Shown: in pieces, positions 22,199 to 35,300 of the stretch | Layout of the letters: each line of letters opens with the position of its first letter | Numbering within the stretch: the first letter of the stretch is position 1 | Source of the DNA: Balanoglossus misakiensis | Lineage: Eukaryota > Animalia > Hemichordata | Direction: 5' to 3' | Length of the DNA stretch: 64,000 bases | NCBI GenBank assembly: GCA_040954595.2 | Contig: CM082584.2 | Coordinates: forward strand, 6,839,919 to 6,903,918 | The notes under the pieces: model-generated | The model's input: the letters and a program-made list of their open reading frames with translations, nothing else | Databases searched by the model: none | What the model was told of the DNA's origin: nothing | Translations under genes and position numbers: made by a program

Positions 22199-25100
22199 AG
22201 CTTAATCATAAAATGATCTTTTGAAAACTTCCTCAAAAGTTTCGAAGTCGTGTGGAAATCGGGCTCCAGTAAATTAATTATCGTCTCAGTATTCTGACTG
22301 AAAGATCAGGGGTGCAAAGATTTTTGCGTTGCACAGAAGTGGGCGCGATCACCCGATCCGGCGCGACAAATCAGAGCTCGGCCGGGCCGTATAATGGCTC
22401 TTCTTGTTTGTGTGAAATCTGACCGCAAGGTATTCGCACATGTTGAAATGCAGATGGCAAGGAGGGATTGTCATCAGGTTCCACTTGCAAGCGATCGGCG
22501 CTCAAGAAATAAATTATGTGGTCAATAACTTGTCGACACGGTCAAGGGTAGTGGGACACATCATTGTTCGGGCTGCAATTTTGAATATGAATAGCGGAAC
22601 TGAATCCTTGGCGACAATTTTGAAATGGCTAAATTCAGTTGAAGTGATCAGAGAAAAACGAGGAGAGGGGACGTACTGGGGAGGGTGAGTTGCGAATAAA
22701 CACGATCTCTACAGGTGTGTGTGTGGGGGGGGGGGGTCCGCGCGCGATATCAGAGCGCAGAACGCACACACATCATTTCCCCCGCGTAAGATCATGTAGA
22801 AAGTAGATCAGTGGAAGGAGCAGTCGGGCCCCTGGCTTCTTGGCGAACCGGTGTTATACATTATGATCAATAACTTATGGACACGGCGGTCAAGGGCACT
22901 GGGGCACTAGGATAAAATACCCTTGACAGGCCGGGACCCTTCCCTGGCCGTTAAAGTCCATCTCAATGATTAGGGGGGTCGCACAAAATATGGTGGAAAC
23001 CTTGAGTTTTGCACACAAAGTAATTACGTCATACTCGATTGGGAACGTTCGGCTGCTGTGTCTGAGCGCTGGACAGGCAGATATTTCCCATATACTCGCA
23101 GTCGGCGAAGTTACTCTTTATCCTCAAGTGGGCAAAATTGCCAACCTTATAGATATTTTGTCCCTTTAAAAGTTTGAAAGCGATTATAGACTTTTGATTT
23201 GTGCGGGATTTCAAGCTGTGGCAGTATGTTAATAATTCCTGGTTTCCTTCTCTTTCAAATTGATTTCGGTGTTTTTAACTCCCAATCGCCACATACTTCA
23301 CGTTTAACGATACAACAAGAAGTGTGTTGTTGGTACACGAAGAAAGCTTCGCAGAGAAAACAGTCGAACAAAGCACCAAACATGAACTGTCACCAGTTTC
23401 GTTATTTATAAACCCAGCCGTTGATGCGCTCCACGAAAGGTCGGCGACCTATTGACAAAAGTAGACCATGAGAGATCGTGGTAAACAAGTGGCTGCGCGG
23501 TGTGCGCTGATTGGCTGGGCGCGCAGAAGTTGGCATTGCGTGGTGTGACAGCGCGGAAGCCTCGATCGACGCGCGATGGCGAAAGTGGATTGTTCAAGTA
23601 AAAATATCTGCAAAGATCAGACTTTTTGACCCTTTTTTCTGCCCTCAGACATAAAATATGCAGGCAACGAAGATTTACAAAGCCTTTCAGAGCGCGAAAG
23701 ATTAATGGCTTTTTCCGTTCTGGTATTATACCTTGACACAATAATTGAAGAACCATTCCTTATCATTAAGTTTTCAATACAATGATTAAAGTTCTAAAAT
23801 TAGTATAAGATGGAGCGCTTCCAAAAAGACCGGTCCGTAAACATTTTGGTATCACAAAATTTGTTTCAGCTCATGTTACACAAACTGTAAGAGTCACGGT
23901 AAAAATATTCATATACAAAAATGTACGTACACATTAATGAAACGCATTTCGCACAATTTCTTAGTGTCGTTTATCCTCACGATAAGGACAATTCTGCTAA
24001 GGTTCTGGCTAGCAAAATTCATGGGTTTGAGTTGCATCTTGATACGTGCAACTGCCTTCTGTGTTTTTGTGTGTCAGAGAGAGAGGGAGATTGTGTGAGA
24101 GAGAGAGAGAGCTGTCCCATTTCTGCCTATAATTGGAAGACTGTCTGTGTCGTCTCAGAACTTCGACCCGTCGGCAGACTCAATTTTTTTTCCAGTACGC
24201 GTTGGTATGTGGTATCCCGGTTTCTGGTTGCCCCATATTCCAAGGCGCTCCAATTCCACGTGGGTTTTATAATACCTCCAGCGAAAGTGACCCTTCCCCT
24301 ACTACTTCGGCCCGCAAAACAACTCGAGGAAACAATAAAACACGCTTTGCTGAACCCCGGATGCCACAAACAAAGATGCTGACACAGCAAATATCGTATT
24401 TGTTCCACTTCGCTGCTCGGGAGATGCCGATTGTATGCATATGATGTTGTGGGCGATGAATGTGTCGTGACGCTAGGGCCCCGAATCGCGCATGACCAAC
24501 ACTGGCAAACAAACCGCAGCACATAGTCGCCCACGCCGAAGACAAAAAAACAACAACAAAGCACTTCCTCTTATACAAGAGAAAAATCACTCTTGGAAAG
24601 TTGCCCACAGTTTGAAAAAAATAAATAAACAAAGTGTATACGCAATAGTTCAAGGCTGCTGTGTGTGTTTGCTTTGCTCAGAACTGTAGCAGCTGAGGGC
24701 GGCGTATTGATTTTAACTCGTAGGCGGCGCTTCAATCTTCTTTTGACATATTCGTCTCCTCCTGATAAATTACCACACACTCTGGCAACCCCAGGTGCGA
24801 CAATTGCTGGAAAAGTTGAAACCCACAAGCCGCGGTGACACACTTTTCAAGGTCACCTTGACTACACCTTTATGTCATTGCATTCCAAGGGAACGGGGAT
24901 GGGGGGGGGTCTCCAGGACAGGAATGGCAGATAAAAGCGTCTTAATGCATTTATAGTACAGGGATGTGTGTAAGCCGTCCAGCTTTTAAAGGGCGCGTAT
25001 TTCTTGAGTAATTATGAAAACAAACAGCGAAAAAAACACCTGAAAACAAGAAAACGCGCTAACGCGTAAGTAGGCCTATATGGGCCTAATAAAATTGCTT

Positions 25101-26057
25101 GAATAGTGAACACTAGAATCTGAGAGTGTGAATCGATATTGGACTTCTACATTCTCTTGGTGTTCTTTCATCTCCCATAATATTGAGGATGTGAACTACG
25201 TTTTTAGGTACATTGGCTACTAATCTGGTCAGCTCAGAGTTCAATACATTATCACAGACTTCCCCACATGTCTGCTAAATTTACTTCTGCAAATTTTACG
25301 AACTTTGAACCTGGCGGACCAGAGATGTCTCCTCGTGTCCGATTATGACAGATTGTCTAAGCGGTAGATTTATCTGTAGGGTAACATCCGAAGCAGCGAG
25401 TCACGTTTTTGCTCACTTCTGTATCAGAGCAATGCAGGGCTAAGGGTTATGGGCATATTAGAAATTTTAGAGGTCTGTCACTGTAATGCTTCACCCGATC
25501 CGTCAAGTCATGCAATAAATATGAATTCTTCATGGGCTAATAAACTTTATGACTCTTGAAACAACAACAAATCAACAGCAACGCAAATCACTTGTGTGAA
25601 ATCTTCAATACATATATAATGAGAAATTCTGTCCGAAATATGATTATTAGCAATCTATATTAAACATAAATTCTAGCATAAAAATGTTTAATAATTTCAT
25701 CGCGTTAAGCCGTTTACTGAGCACCTTGGCGAGGACAAAGGTCTTAGAGAGATACATAACGGCGTGCTTGTGTGATCTCATGGAGATAAGGCCACAATGA
25801 AAAAGATCTATGTTTCTGTCCATATGCGGTTAGAAACGCATGAAAATATTTCGTTATCTTTCAACTTGGGGGGGGGGGGGTCTTTCCTTTTGACTTTTAC
25901 ATCTGTAATTTCTGTGTATATGATGTTTGTTCGTTCCTTGTGGTATATTAAACAAACTTGCGGGGGTATTCTTGTTCACTTTTGGCTTTCGTAATAAAAA
26001 AACAGCGTGTTATACAGTAATAATTTATTGCGTTTGTGAGGATTAATGCTATACATA

Positions 26058-26110
26058 TATTTAGTTTGGTTTTAAAACCAGACTATTTAGTTTGGTTTTA
26101 AAACCAGACT
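26058..26110. repeat. 26-bp direct tandem duplication TATTTAGTTTGGTTTTAAAACCAGAC x2
   Basis: Read directly from the sequence. Confidence 0.85.
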
Positions 26111-26817
26111 CATTCACCCATGTGAGTTTTACTCACTCAAAATTTGTTTGTATTAATTGCAAGCCCAAGGACACGACGAAAACAAGGTTACAGCGCACTC
26201 GTCACAATCTTCCGATATTTGACATTTCGGGTTATCACCGGCATTGCTCATTTAATATCGTGTCGGCGTCCGAACAATGGCGATGACAGCGATAGTTCCT
26301 CAGTATCAAACACATACAATAGTGGCTCGGGTCAAAGTCGCAGAAATGCTGGTGGTTTAGTTGTAGCTGTCCGCGCGAACTTTGTGGTTTCCTTATCGCG
26401 GTCAACATTTGCGCCACTTGACACACGAGTGTTTTCTTATCGCCTCTCCGAGAGCGTACATGAAGAACTTGTCCAAATCTTTGCGAGATTCAACCATTCG
26501 TGGCGGGTCGCGCGACGTCAGCGTTCAGCGGCCTGAGTCTCTGACTCTGGGTGACGTCACTGTTAGAGCAAATAATTTTAAAGACGAGAGAAAGTGTGCA
26601 CATTTGTCTAAAAATTTCACAATGTTTCCAGTTTTTCGTCAAGAGACTTTTTAACAATCAATAAGTCTGAGTTTTCTCATCATTCTTATTTTTACCGCCA
26701 CCCTCCCCTCGATCGTTACTTGATATATCAAACGCCCAACAAGTTCTGAAGGGTTTTCCTGTACTGTACTCACAAACTAGTCTATGCGCAACACGATTCG
26801 TGGAAATGATTGATGGC

Positions 26818-26823
26818 GAGAGG

Positions 26824-26875
<52 letters not shown>
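26818..26875. repeat. (AG)n microsatellite
   Basis: Read directly from the sequence. Confidence 0.95.
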
Positions 26876-26877
<2 letters not shown>

Positions 26878-27678
26878 CTTTGTATTGACCAATTCAAGTC
26901 GGATTAAAATGTCCATTCATGCCATTTTTTCAGAGACCGGGGGAGGGGGGTGGCGAAAGATGAAAGAGAAGAGGAGAGCGAAAAAAGAGAGAGAGAGGGA
27001 TGAGCCTGTTCAATTTAAGACTCACGTCTATAAAAAGCTGGCGAGGGGATTTTAATATTGTTGACAGGTGAACATATTAAATGTACAGCTGTTAGCTGTG
27101 ACATGCGCTATGAGCGAAACAAACAAGAACTCATGGGGACCTGAATCGCACGGCAACACTTCGTTGCGATTATTCCGTGGCATATACCCGAGAGCTGAGA
27201 CTTATCAGGTTAGTAATGTTTAAAATACTCATCGACGAAAAGATTTTAAAACTCGAAGTGAAGGGTAACATTCTCATTGCGGCGAAAATGGGATGGCACT
27301 CAGCCCATCTTTTTTTTCTGACTTTGAATTTGTATGCCATTTATAATTTTGATGGAAATATCAGAACTTCAAGCGAGATTTGAAGACGTTCAATAATTAC
27401 TTAATCTGAAAAAGTTGCACAGTCCAGCAGAACAACGGGGTTTTCTTTATAAGATAGCTTTCACACGACAGCTACAGCGTTCGTGTCCAGAAAGCAGTAG
27501 GCGATAAACGTTGCCGATTATGGATATATTTACTGCAGGTGTACCCAAAGGATTTTGGTAACATATATTATGGTTTTGCTGTGTATAAGCTAATGTGTAC
27601 TTCAACCAATGTGTACGGCGGCCTAAGTCGACTATATTTCAACCGTGAAGCAGTGCAAACTCCTATATTGATTATTTA

Positions 27679-27711
27679 AGCAATAAAACACCCCCAGCCA
27701 TGGTATACCAC
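27679..27711. repeat. Truncated copy of the arm of the 6967-7109 hairpin element
   Basis: AGCAATAAAACACCCCCAGCCATGGTATACCAC is identical to 6967-6999. Confidence 0.8.
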
Positions 27712-28025
27712 GATAATATAATGTGTATTAGAGTCAGTCATCTCTCTACGGGCGCTTAGCGAGACAGCTGGGGCAGAGTAAAGATGGGGCTCTCGTTCCA
27801 TTATTTTCACTTTTTCCGGATATATTGATTCGTGCATGCGTGCATTCGGGAGCAGAACTTTGTTGATGTAATAATTATGAATATTTTGATATTAGGTCGT
27901 GACGCAAGTCTTGTTTTCTTTTTCTGAAGCTAAATTACGCTGGTTATTTACATCACGGATGACGTCATCACACACATCTTGCTTACACGTATGTGTCACA
28001 ATCGTTTGCTTGCAGATCACTGAAA

Positions 28026-29174
28026 ATGGTCTGCATCCAAATTAAAGGTTCCAGTTTTCGAACCATGGCGCGGAAGGGTTTTCTTGTGGTGATTGTCGCC
28101 ACGTCGGTTTGCATATGGTGGCTCCTCGTGTTTTCGGAATTGGCGGTCGGGCCTCCCGTGGGACGTGGCCACTATGCAGACCGCGCGGCGACTGTGCCAT
28201 CCGAACCGTACAATTTCTCCGGCATACTGGCGAAGTTCCCTTGGCTGAATCGCAAAAACGCTATACCCAACCACTTCACCAAAGACGGGCGCAATAGCAG
28301 GTGGTGGAATACATCAGTTGTGTTCATACATCACCAGAAGAGCGGGGGCGGAACGGTAAAGGGGTGTCTCCGGAATATGGCGGATATAGCGGGCATTCCG
28401 CCGGCAGTAGCCTTAAACTCCGATAATTTCAATAACTCGTATCGAATCTTACAATCTGAAGGACTGGGGAACGCAAAACTTTATCAGGGAGGGTACACTT
28501 TCGGCGTCTGTGATCGCCTGCGCGGACCCTGCTCCTACTTCATCGTCGTGCGCGAGCCCTTCGCTCGCATGGTCTCGCACTTCGCCTGTTGCAACGTGAG
28601 CAGGAGCGGGCCCAACCTGTGCCACCCCTCGGGGTCGCGTGGCATGACGGCCGTCGAATGGGCACTCTTCGTCGGCAGCTACCTCTTCCGGCAGCTGTTC
28701 AACGACGCCGAGCTCTGCCACCCGCGGTACATGACCCCGTCTTTCGCGGCGCACATCAGACAAGTGTACGCGCTTCCCCAAGGCTCGCCGATCAGCTGCT
28801 TCCAGATCCACAAACTCTACCTGGACTATCACGTGGCGAGAGAGGAAAAGGAGGTCTTGCTTCAGTATTTCTTGGAGAACCTGGAGAACTGGTTCACGTT
28901 CGTAGGGCTGACGGAAGACTTTGATTTGTCCGTTCAGATGCTGCAAGAGGTGTACGATCTCCCTTTCGTGGAGGGTTGCCTGACCGACAACAAACTGCCC
29001 TCCGTGCACAAACGCAGCCACCTGGACACTCTCACGACGCAAAGCCTGCAACAATCTCTTAGGGACGACCGGGACGTGTTTAAGGTCCTCCATTACGACA
29101 TACAACTTTACAAAAAAGCTGTAGAAATTTATAATAAACAGAAGAAAATATTTTCCGATTTAAATTCAAACTAG
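28026..29174 (+). CDS. Golgi type II membrane carbohydrate sulfotransferase (Sulfotransfer_2 / Gal3ST-HS2ST-like), single coding exon; start at ATG 28026 or the stronger-Kozak ATG 28065
   Basis: N-terminal TM segment FLVVIVATSVCIWWLLVF; 5'-PSB FIHHQKSGGGT; 3'-PB VVREPFARMVSHF; FVGLTEDFDLS; C-terminal YDIQLY. A splice acceptor (gcttgcag, ending 28015) implies an upstream non-coding exon. Confidence 0.88.
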   Translation: MVCIQIKGSSFRTMARKGFLVVIVATSVCIWWLLVFSELAVGPPVGRGHYADRAATVPSEPYNFSGILAKFPWLNRKNAIPNHFTKDGRNSRWWNTSVVFIHHQKSGGGTVKGCLRNMADIAGIPPAVALNSDNFNNSYRILQSEGLGNAKLYQGGYTFGVCDRLRGPCSYFIVVREPFARMVSHFACCNVSRSGPNLCHPSGSRGMTAVEWALFVGSYLFRQLFNDAELCHPRYMTPSFAAHIRQVYALPQGSPISCFQIHKLYLDYHVAREEKEVLLQYFLENLENWFTFVGLTEDFDLSVQMLQEVYDLPFVEGCLTDNKLPSVHKRSHLDTLTTQSLQQSLRDDRDVFKVLHYDIQLYKKAVEIYNKQKKIFSDLNSN

Positions 29175-29177
29175 ATT

Positions 29178-29331
<154 letters not shown>

Positions 29332-32300
29332 GTCGTCGATGTGGTCGTTGTGTTATACATAACACCCATATACAGTTCTCAACACAGTCAACGACCTTGT
29401 AATAAAATTCATTCATAGACAGATTGATTTATTTTGTCCAACAGTAAGGGTGTTTTGTTCTTTTGTTCCTCTCACGGTCGGACAAGGACACTATAAAACC
29501 ATTTTTGATTAATGCTCATTGAATCACTGAACGTGCTCGGAAACTATACTAACGCAAGATATTGGCAAAAAGTTCGATAACTCCAGTAAGATAGACTACT
29601 AGTATATACAGAGCATGGCCATAACATGGTCCGGCCAACAGCAGTTTAACATTTCAAGTGTTGAATGATTGGGACCCATTCTTAGTGATGCCCTATATAG
29701 TTGGATTTGCAACTGGTATACTTGGATAATATTAACTTTCTTACAAGCGAACAAATTTCTGGAGTTTGTGTTGTTTGTTTGTTTGGCAAGAGTAAGGTGA
29801 GTGACCTCGAATCACAGCGCCGATGAATGGAAGTGAATTATCGAATGTTTCAGTTGAAGTTAATGACTGATCGACGGCCGCCATAAATAAGTTCGTACTT
29901 TGATCGGTGATGAGTGATCGATGGGGACCAGGGCCATTGAAAACAAGTTGAAAGGATTGTAAATTTACCTTTGGAGCGGGCCCTATACTGTGGGTGTCAG
30001 TGAACTATACACGCAAAACAATGATTTCATATTTCGTGACCACCTCAAAGATCCTGAAGGACGCAAAGTGGTCGGAACACGTGTACCATCGATTTCAACC
30101 AAACTGGTTCGGATCATCATTTTATCGAACCATGATGACAGATTCTGCAATTCAATTTTATTTGATTTTACATATTTAAAAAGGACGGTGCATTTCGCCA
30201 CAGAATGACCCGCATACAGTTCGGGGGTAACAATACCATAGACTTTGATAAAGGGTTTTCTGTCCTTAAAAATGACCTCCGCTGTCTATCGCATAGAAAG
30301 TGCATCTGTAGTAATTGGCTTCTTGCGATTAAATACATGTACTGAGATTTTTTCATCTTTTTACCCCGTAATTTACTTGTTGTGTTTATGTTGTTGTTGT
30401 GCAGAGTCTAAAGTTCAAGAATGCTCATGTGCGCATGACTGTGCGTCGGTGTTTCCGACCCGAAACGTCGGAAACGTTACTCAATGCGGACGATATCTTC
30501 CCACCTCGCCCAGGGCATATTGACACAACGCAACGATGACCCGCACATGAGCAGTGGGATGGCCGTCGTACCACGACGTACGCACTCAACACCTTGCGGC
30601 CAACAATGCAATATTAAAATTAATGACAGCGTACAAGCCACAAGATAACCTCCCTTCTCAATGGACAAATTTGGCTCTCGGCACGGAAAGGCCACGGTGT
30701 AATTATTGTCAATGAAAAATATTTGCGTCACTCAGAGAGGCGAGAATTTCTGCAATATGGACTGGTCTCCAACCATTTGCACACAACACTTTATTATTTT
30801 AGATAGTCATAATAACGTTTATGCCACAATCTGTGACTGACTGCTAACATGGCAATGCACAGACATCATCCAGCAATATTCTGGATTAGACCTTTGTCAC
30901 TTGTGTGTGTATATATAGCGTTTAAAAGGTAACAGAGCTAATGTGTTAATTGACTACTGCGATACCATGATTCGAAATTTATTCATAGTCAATTAACATG
31001 CAATCCAAAGGAAACTGTGCTCTTTTCTGACAAATATTCGGCTCCAAGGTTAGCATTTAGACGTCCGAATATAGCTGTGGTTGACAATGCTGCTTTAAAA
31101 GTGTGACAGTGACCGTCTACCAGAGAAAAAAATGTCTCCACAAGAGACGGGCACTTCATTTCAGAAACAACGTGGCAAATCCATATGCGGTTCAAATTGT
31201 CTGAAATTGCATAGAGCTATTATTCTCCCGCTTAAGTTTACCCAGTTGACGGAACTGGTACACAGATCAAGAGATAAAAGTCAGCTTGGGGATTTGGAAT
31301 ACTAAAGGATTATCTTGAATGGATGCGGAGGGGCCAAAACCAAACCACCACCTGCAGGGCTTTTACGCGGTTCAGTGCATTCAATTTGATCAGCTTCCGC
31401 GGGTCGAAAGTCCCAACCATGAATGCATCGACATCAAAAAAAACCTTGATATAAATCAGCAAATTATCAATGCTGCCACATCTCACGTTTCGCCTGTCAC
31501 CATCGTTACAAATTTAAAAAAAAGACCCAGAGTTTTTAAAGACAGTATTATTCATAGTAACGGCTGGAGCGGCGTTATGGGGTCGATCTCTACACTAATA
31601 GAAAACCAAACGTCAGCGTGTGCTCATGCGACATTGCTTCATTTAACGTAACACTGCAACGCCGTGCCCGATTTCGGCTTTTTCCAGACGAGGGATATTT
31701 TTTTAATTCCATTTGCGTCAAATAAAATAAAATCATCAACGTACAAAGAAGTCCCGACCATTTTCATAACCTGTTCAATCTCTAGTAATCATCGTTCACT
31801 CTATAGTAAGTGCCTCTCCTTGCATAGACTTGATAGGGCAACGATGTCGCTGTGTGTCTGTTGGCCTCGGGCCCGCGAAAGGGGGGGGGGGGCTGCGAGA
31901 ATGATGAGCACATCCTGAACGGCCAAAACAAAAGCAAAATGTCAAATGAGTGCATTTTTGTTCAGGAGCAGTGGAGTGACAGGCTTTAATCTCCACAAGT
32001 GTCAGCAACAGGTTGTTATGAGTGTAACGGATGGAAACCTAGTGATGTAAATTTACGTCGTTTTATCATGCAACCCTTGGTCGACGACACGTGAATAGCG
32101 TTCGCGCAGTCTATGTCGTTTTGTTAGCATAGACCATACGTAACATTCTTGAAGTGGTCAATTCTATAGAGTAGGACAGTCTGACGAAAATAACTAACAG
32201 GTGCTGTATGCGAATTGTACACGCTTTATAATTACATGTATTTAACTCCAATTAATTCGCCGGCTCCGGGGGCAGGCCCACGACATAAAAAAACGTCCCT

Positions 32301-35300
32301 TGTCTTTGGTCCCTCAATTACTTATGTGATAGAGGGACTGTCGTCTGCCGACTCATCATTCGCTACGCATCTCGTTTCTCGTGCTTATAAATGAAATGCT
32401 CCTTGTATTGCAGCATCACTGTCGAATCTTTCGGTGAGTTGAGTTGGAAGCCGTAAATCAACAACGTCACCGTGCGGGAAGGGTGGCACACGCCATCGAT
32501 CAAGTGCACAGTGTTTGTTTTCCATGTGAATAGTACCGCTCTTCAGATAAGTCACCAGTCAACAGTTTATATTCACCGCCGTATTAAACGCCACAACATT
32601 TGCTGAATCAAACATAATCATATACATCAAACATCACTGCACTGCGATCAATCAGGATCGCAGCAGTCTCCTCATTCTGCATCTTGTGTATCGAAAGGCT
32701 ATAGAGCTTGACGTCATTCACGTCAAGTATAGCTTACGAACGTGGCTTCATAAAGTCACTTGAATTACCCTGTCAAAGAACAGTTTTGTTTATAAAATAT
32801 ATTTTGCATCCTAATACGATCTGCGTCGATTCATCATTGTATAGTAGTAGACTATTTGGTGTACAATTTCGATAAATTAATAAATATTTACTTAACAATA
32901 CATTGCCAATGTATGATTGTACTTAGGGATACAACACGCGAGTACTGTAATAATTTAATTTTTGGTCAATACCCTAAAATTGTTTCATAATAGTATTCAG
33001 ATGTTTCATGATGTGAGTTGAGTTGTGAACAGCCTGTCATTCAGCATATTTTAGTGAGCTGCACAACATAAATAAGCTATCAAAAGAAATCAAATAATCA
33101 AAATAGGGTCAAAAGCTAGTGCGCGACTCTGTCCCTTTAATGTGAATTGACAAGGCAATATGTTGCAGACTTTTACAAACACTCAATACGAGCGTTGTTG
33201 TTCACAGCAAATACGGACCATGGCAAATCGAGGCATTCTCGTGCGTGTGAGGGGGGGGGGGGCGTTCAAACACCAACACCTGCGGTGCTTCGCCAGTTAA
33301 TTTTTGGCATTTCTCTCGCTCTTGGCCTGAACAGACATCAAGGTACAGGTCACCGACCTCTTTTTTCCATAAGACAACGGAGATCAGGGGTGGTTTTTCA
33401 ATTAGAAGCGTCGCCTATCTCCTCCCGGCTGTAGACAAACACCAAATTGACGTCAAACACAAATACGCCCTATGGACTGAACTTCGACTTAACGAACGAT
33501 AGAAGCCAATCTTGTGGCTGATGCAATGTTGATGGGACGATGAAGGACACATGCAGGTCAACAAGTTGAAATAAAACCAAACAAAAACAAAAATCGCTGC
33601 ATCACCTTTCGACTTCAAACCTATGTTACGCTCTTTAGCAATTCATTTTGAATACCAAAAAGAAATTCGGGCGGTTGCTTTCACCTTTTCAAGTAATAAC
33701 AACCGAATCAATTCTCGTGCAGTATGACTATCTAACTCTATATTGCTATATATGTTGTCTAAGCAAATAAATAAAGTCAGTACATGCAGATAAAGGTAGG
33801 TAGGAAGGTAGGTAAGTAAGGAAAAGTAAGGCGTGCAAGTGAAATAATGATACAATGAAATATTCGTGAGGAACACGTCCTGTGTGTGTGTGTGTGTGTG
33901 TGTGCAAGTTCCACCACATTCTCAGTAGGACAAGAAGCAGGGTTTTCTTGCGTACTACGTTCGTGTTGTTCCACATGGACACAAGCCACCCAGCACTGGT
34001 TCTTACATGATGGATGGACATTTCATCGTCGAAATCAGATTTACAGAAGTTGAAGATTGCAGCGAGGAAGACACGAGGGGATTAGGGTTGGAATCTTATC
34101 GCCAGACATGTCACACAGCCGGGCGTGCTATCGCCAAAGGAAGCTACTATGAAAACAAATACTACAGCCATGCAGGTGTCCAGAATGGACAGATCCAATC
34201 AAGATCTTCTGTAAGCACCTGACAGAGAGTTCAGTGAACTTAACTGTGGCTTTAGATAACGACTAATTGAACATTTTGTAATTGATCACGCCTCGACCAC
34301 TCGCCGACTTCGTGGTGATCTGTGCAAGACGCCCCATGGTAGCAGGCACGTGTTTTGCATCAGGTAATTTTTCCATCTTAAGATTATTAAAAGACTCCCG
34401 AGTCTGTCAAGGGGTCTTTGACCTGTATTTGAGGAAGCCCCCATCAGTATGTTTTCTTACAATACACTTTCTAACTATGCTGCCTTCGTTTTGTTGTTGT
34501 TATTTTTAAACTAAACCATCCTTCCTAAAGCTATAAGCATTAGCATGCATGAGGCACCTGGGAAAGAAGTTACAAATTAGTTTGGTGAAACACTTTTCTG
34601 TCGACAGCACTAGTATTTGTAGATTGAATAAATCGGCCACTCTGAGAACATTTAAAAAGTTGGATTTTTTGGACCTTTGTTTGTTCAAACTTCGACTTTA
34701 ATTGCAAATAAACTAATACTGTTTCACCAGTTTGATTATTTGAGGGTTCTAACGCGTATGTGAACCATCTCCCATTGTTTTGCATATTTGCAAAACACAT
34801 ACACAGTCATTAATAGTAAAAAATATCGACCAGGATGTGCATTTACATGCACTAACATCAGTTTGACAGTAAAATCATAAAAACACTGCAAAAATGCAGG
34901 TCATGGGGCTCTAACGGCTGATGTGTGCACATATGCTCATAGAACAATTGACGGCATGTGGTGACAGCGCAGGTAGACAATCGCACTTGCAGTCTCACGT
35001 TGCATGGCTTGGTGCGTTCAAATCCATGCAAGGGGCGGCCATTTTGGAAAGAAGCAACACGAAGTTCTTTTTAAAAATCCAGACTGACGCGTGTGCACAA
35101 CCAGTGCTATATACTAGTACATTGTATATGTACAGTTATGCTCACAGCTGCTGCTAAACCAATCTGTGGTTTAATCCAAAGTATCAGGTCTACATTTTAA
35201 TCAGCTCAGTCCCACCGTTGCCAAGCAACGCCACACTGTTGACCTGATGTGGAAACGTCCAGTATTTACTTGAGGCGATTTACAGCTTGTACCTGTCATC

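Noticed and set aside
23921-24653. Several overlapping 100-150 aa ORFs on both strands
   Set aside because: No recognisable domain, codon bias or consistent splice structure; a decayed pseudogene cannot be supported by eye.
30438-30479. GTCGG/CCGAC alternative hairpins with CGAAACGTC, resembling a Penelope-type hammerhead
   Set aside because: No CTGANGA core upstream; at most a decayed remnant.
32305-32340. TTTGGTCCC in a short hairpin, resembling miR-133
   Set aside because: The match ends after 9 nt and the stem is too short for a pre-miRNA.
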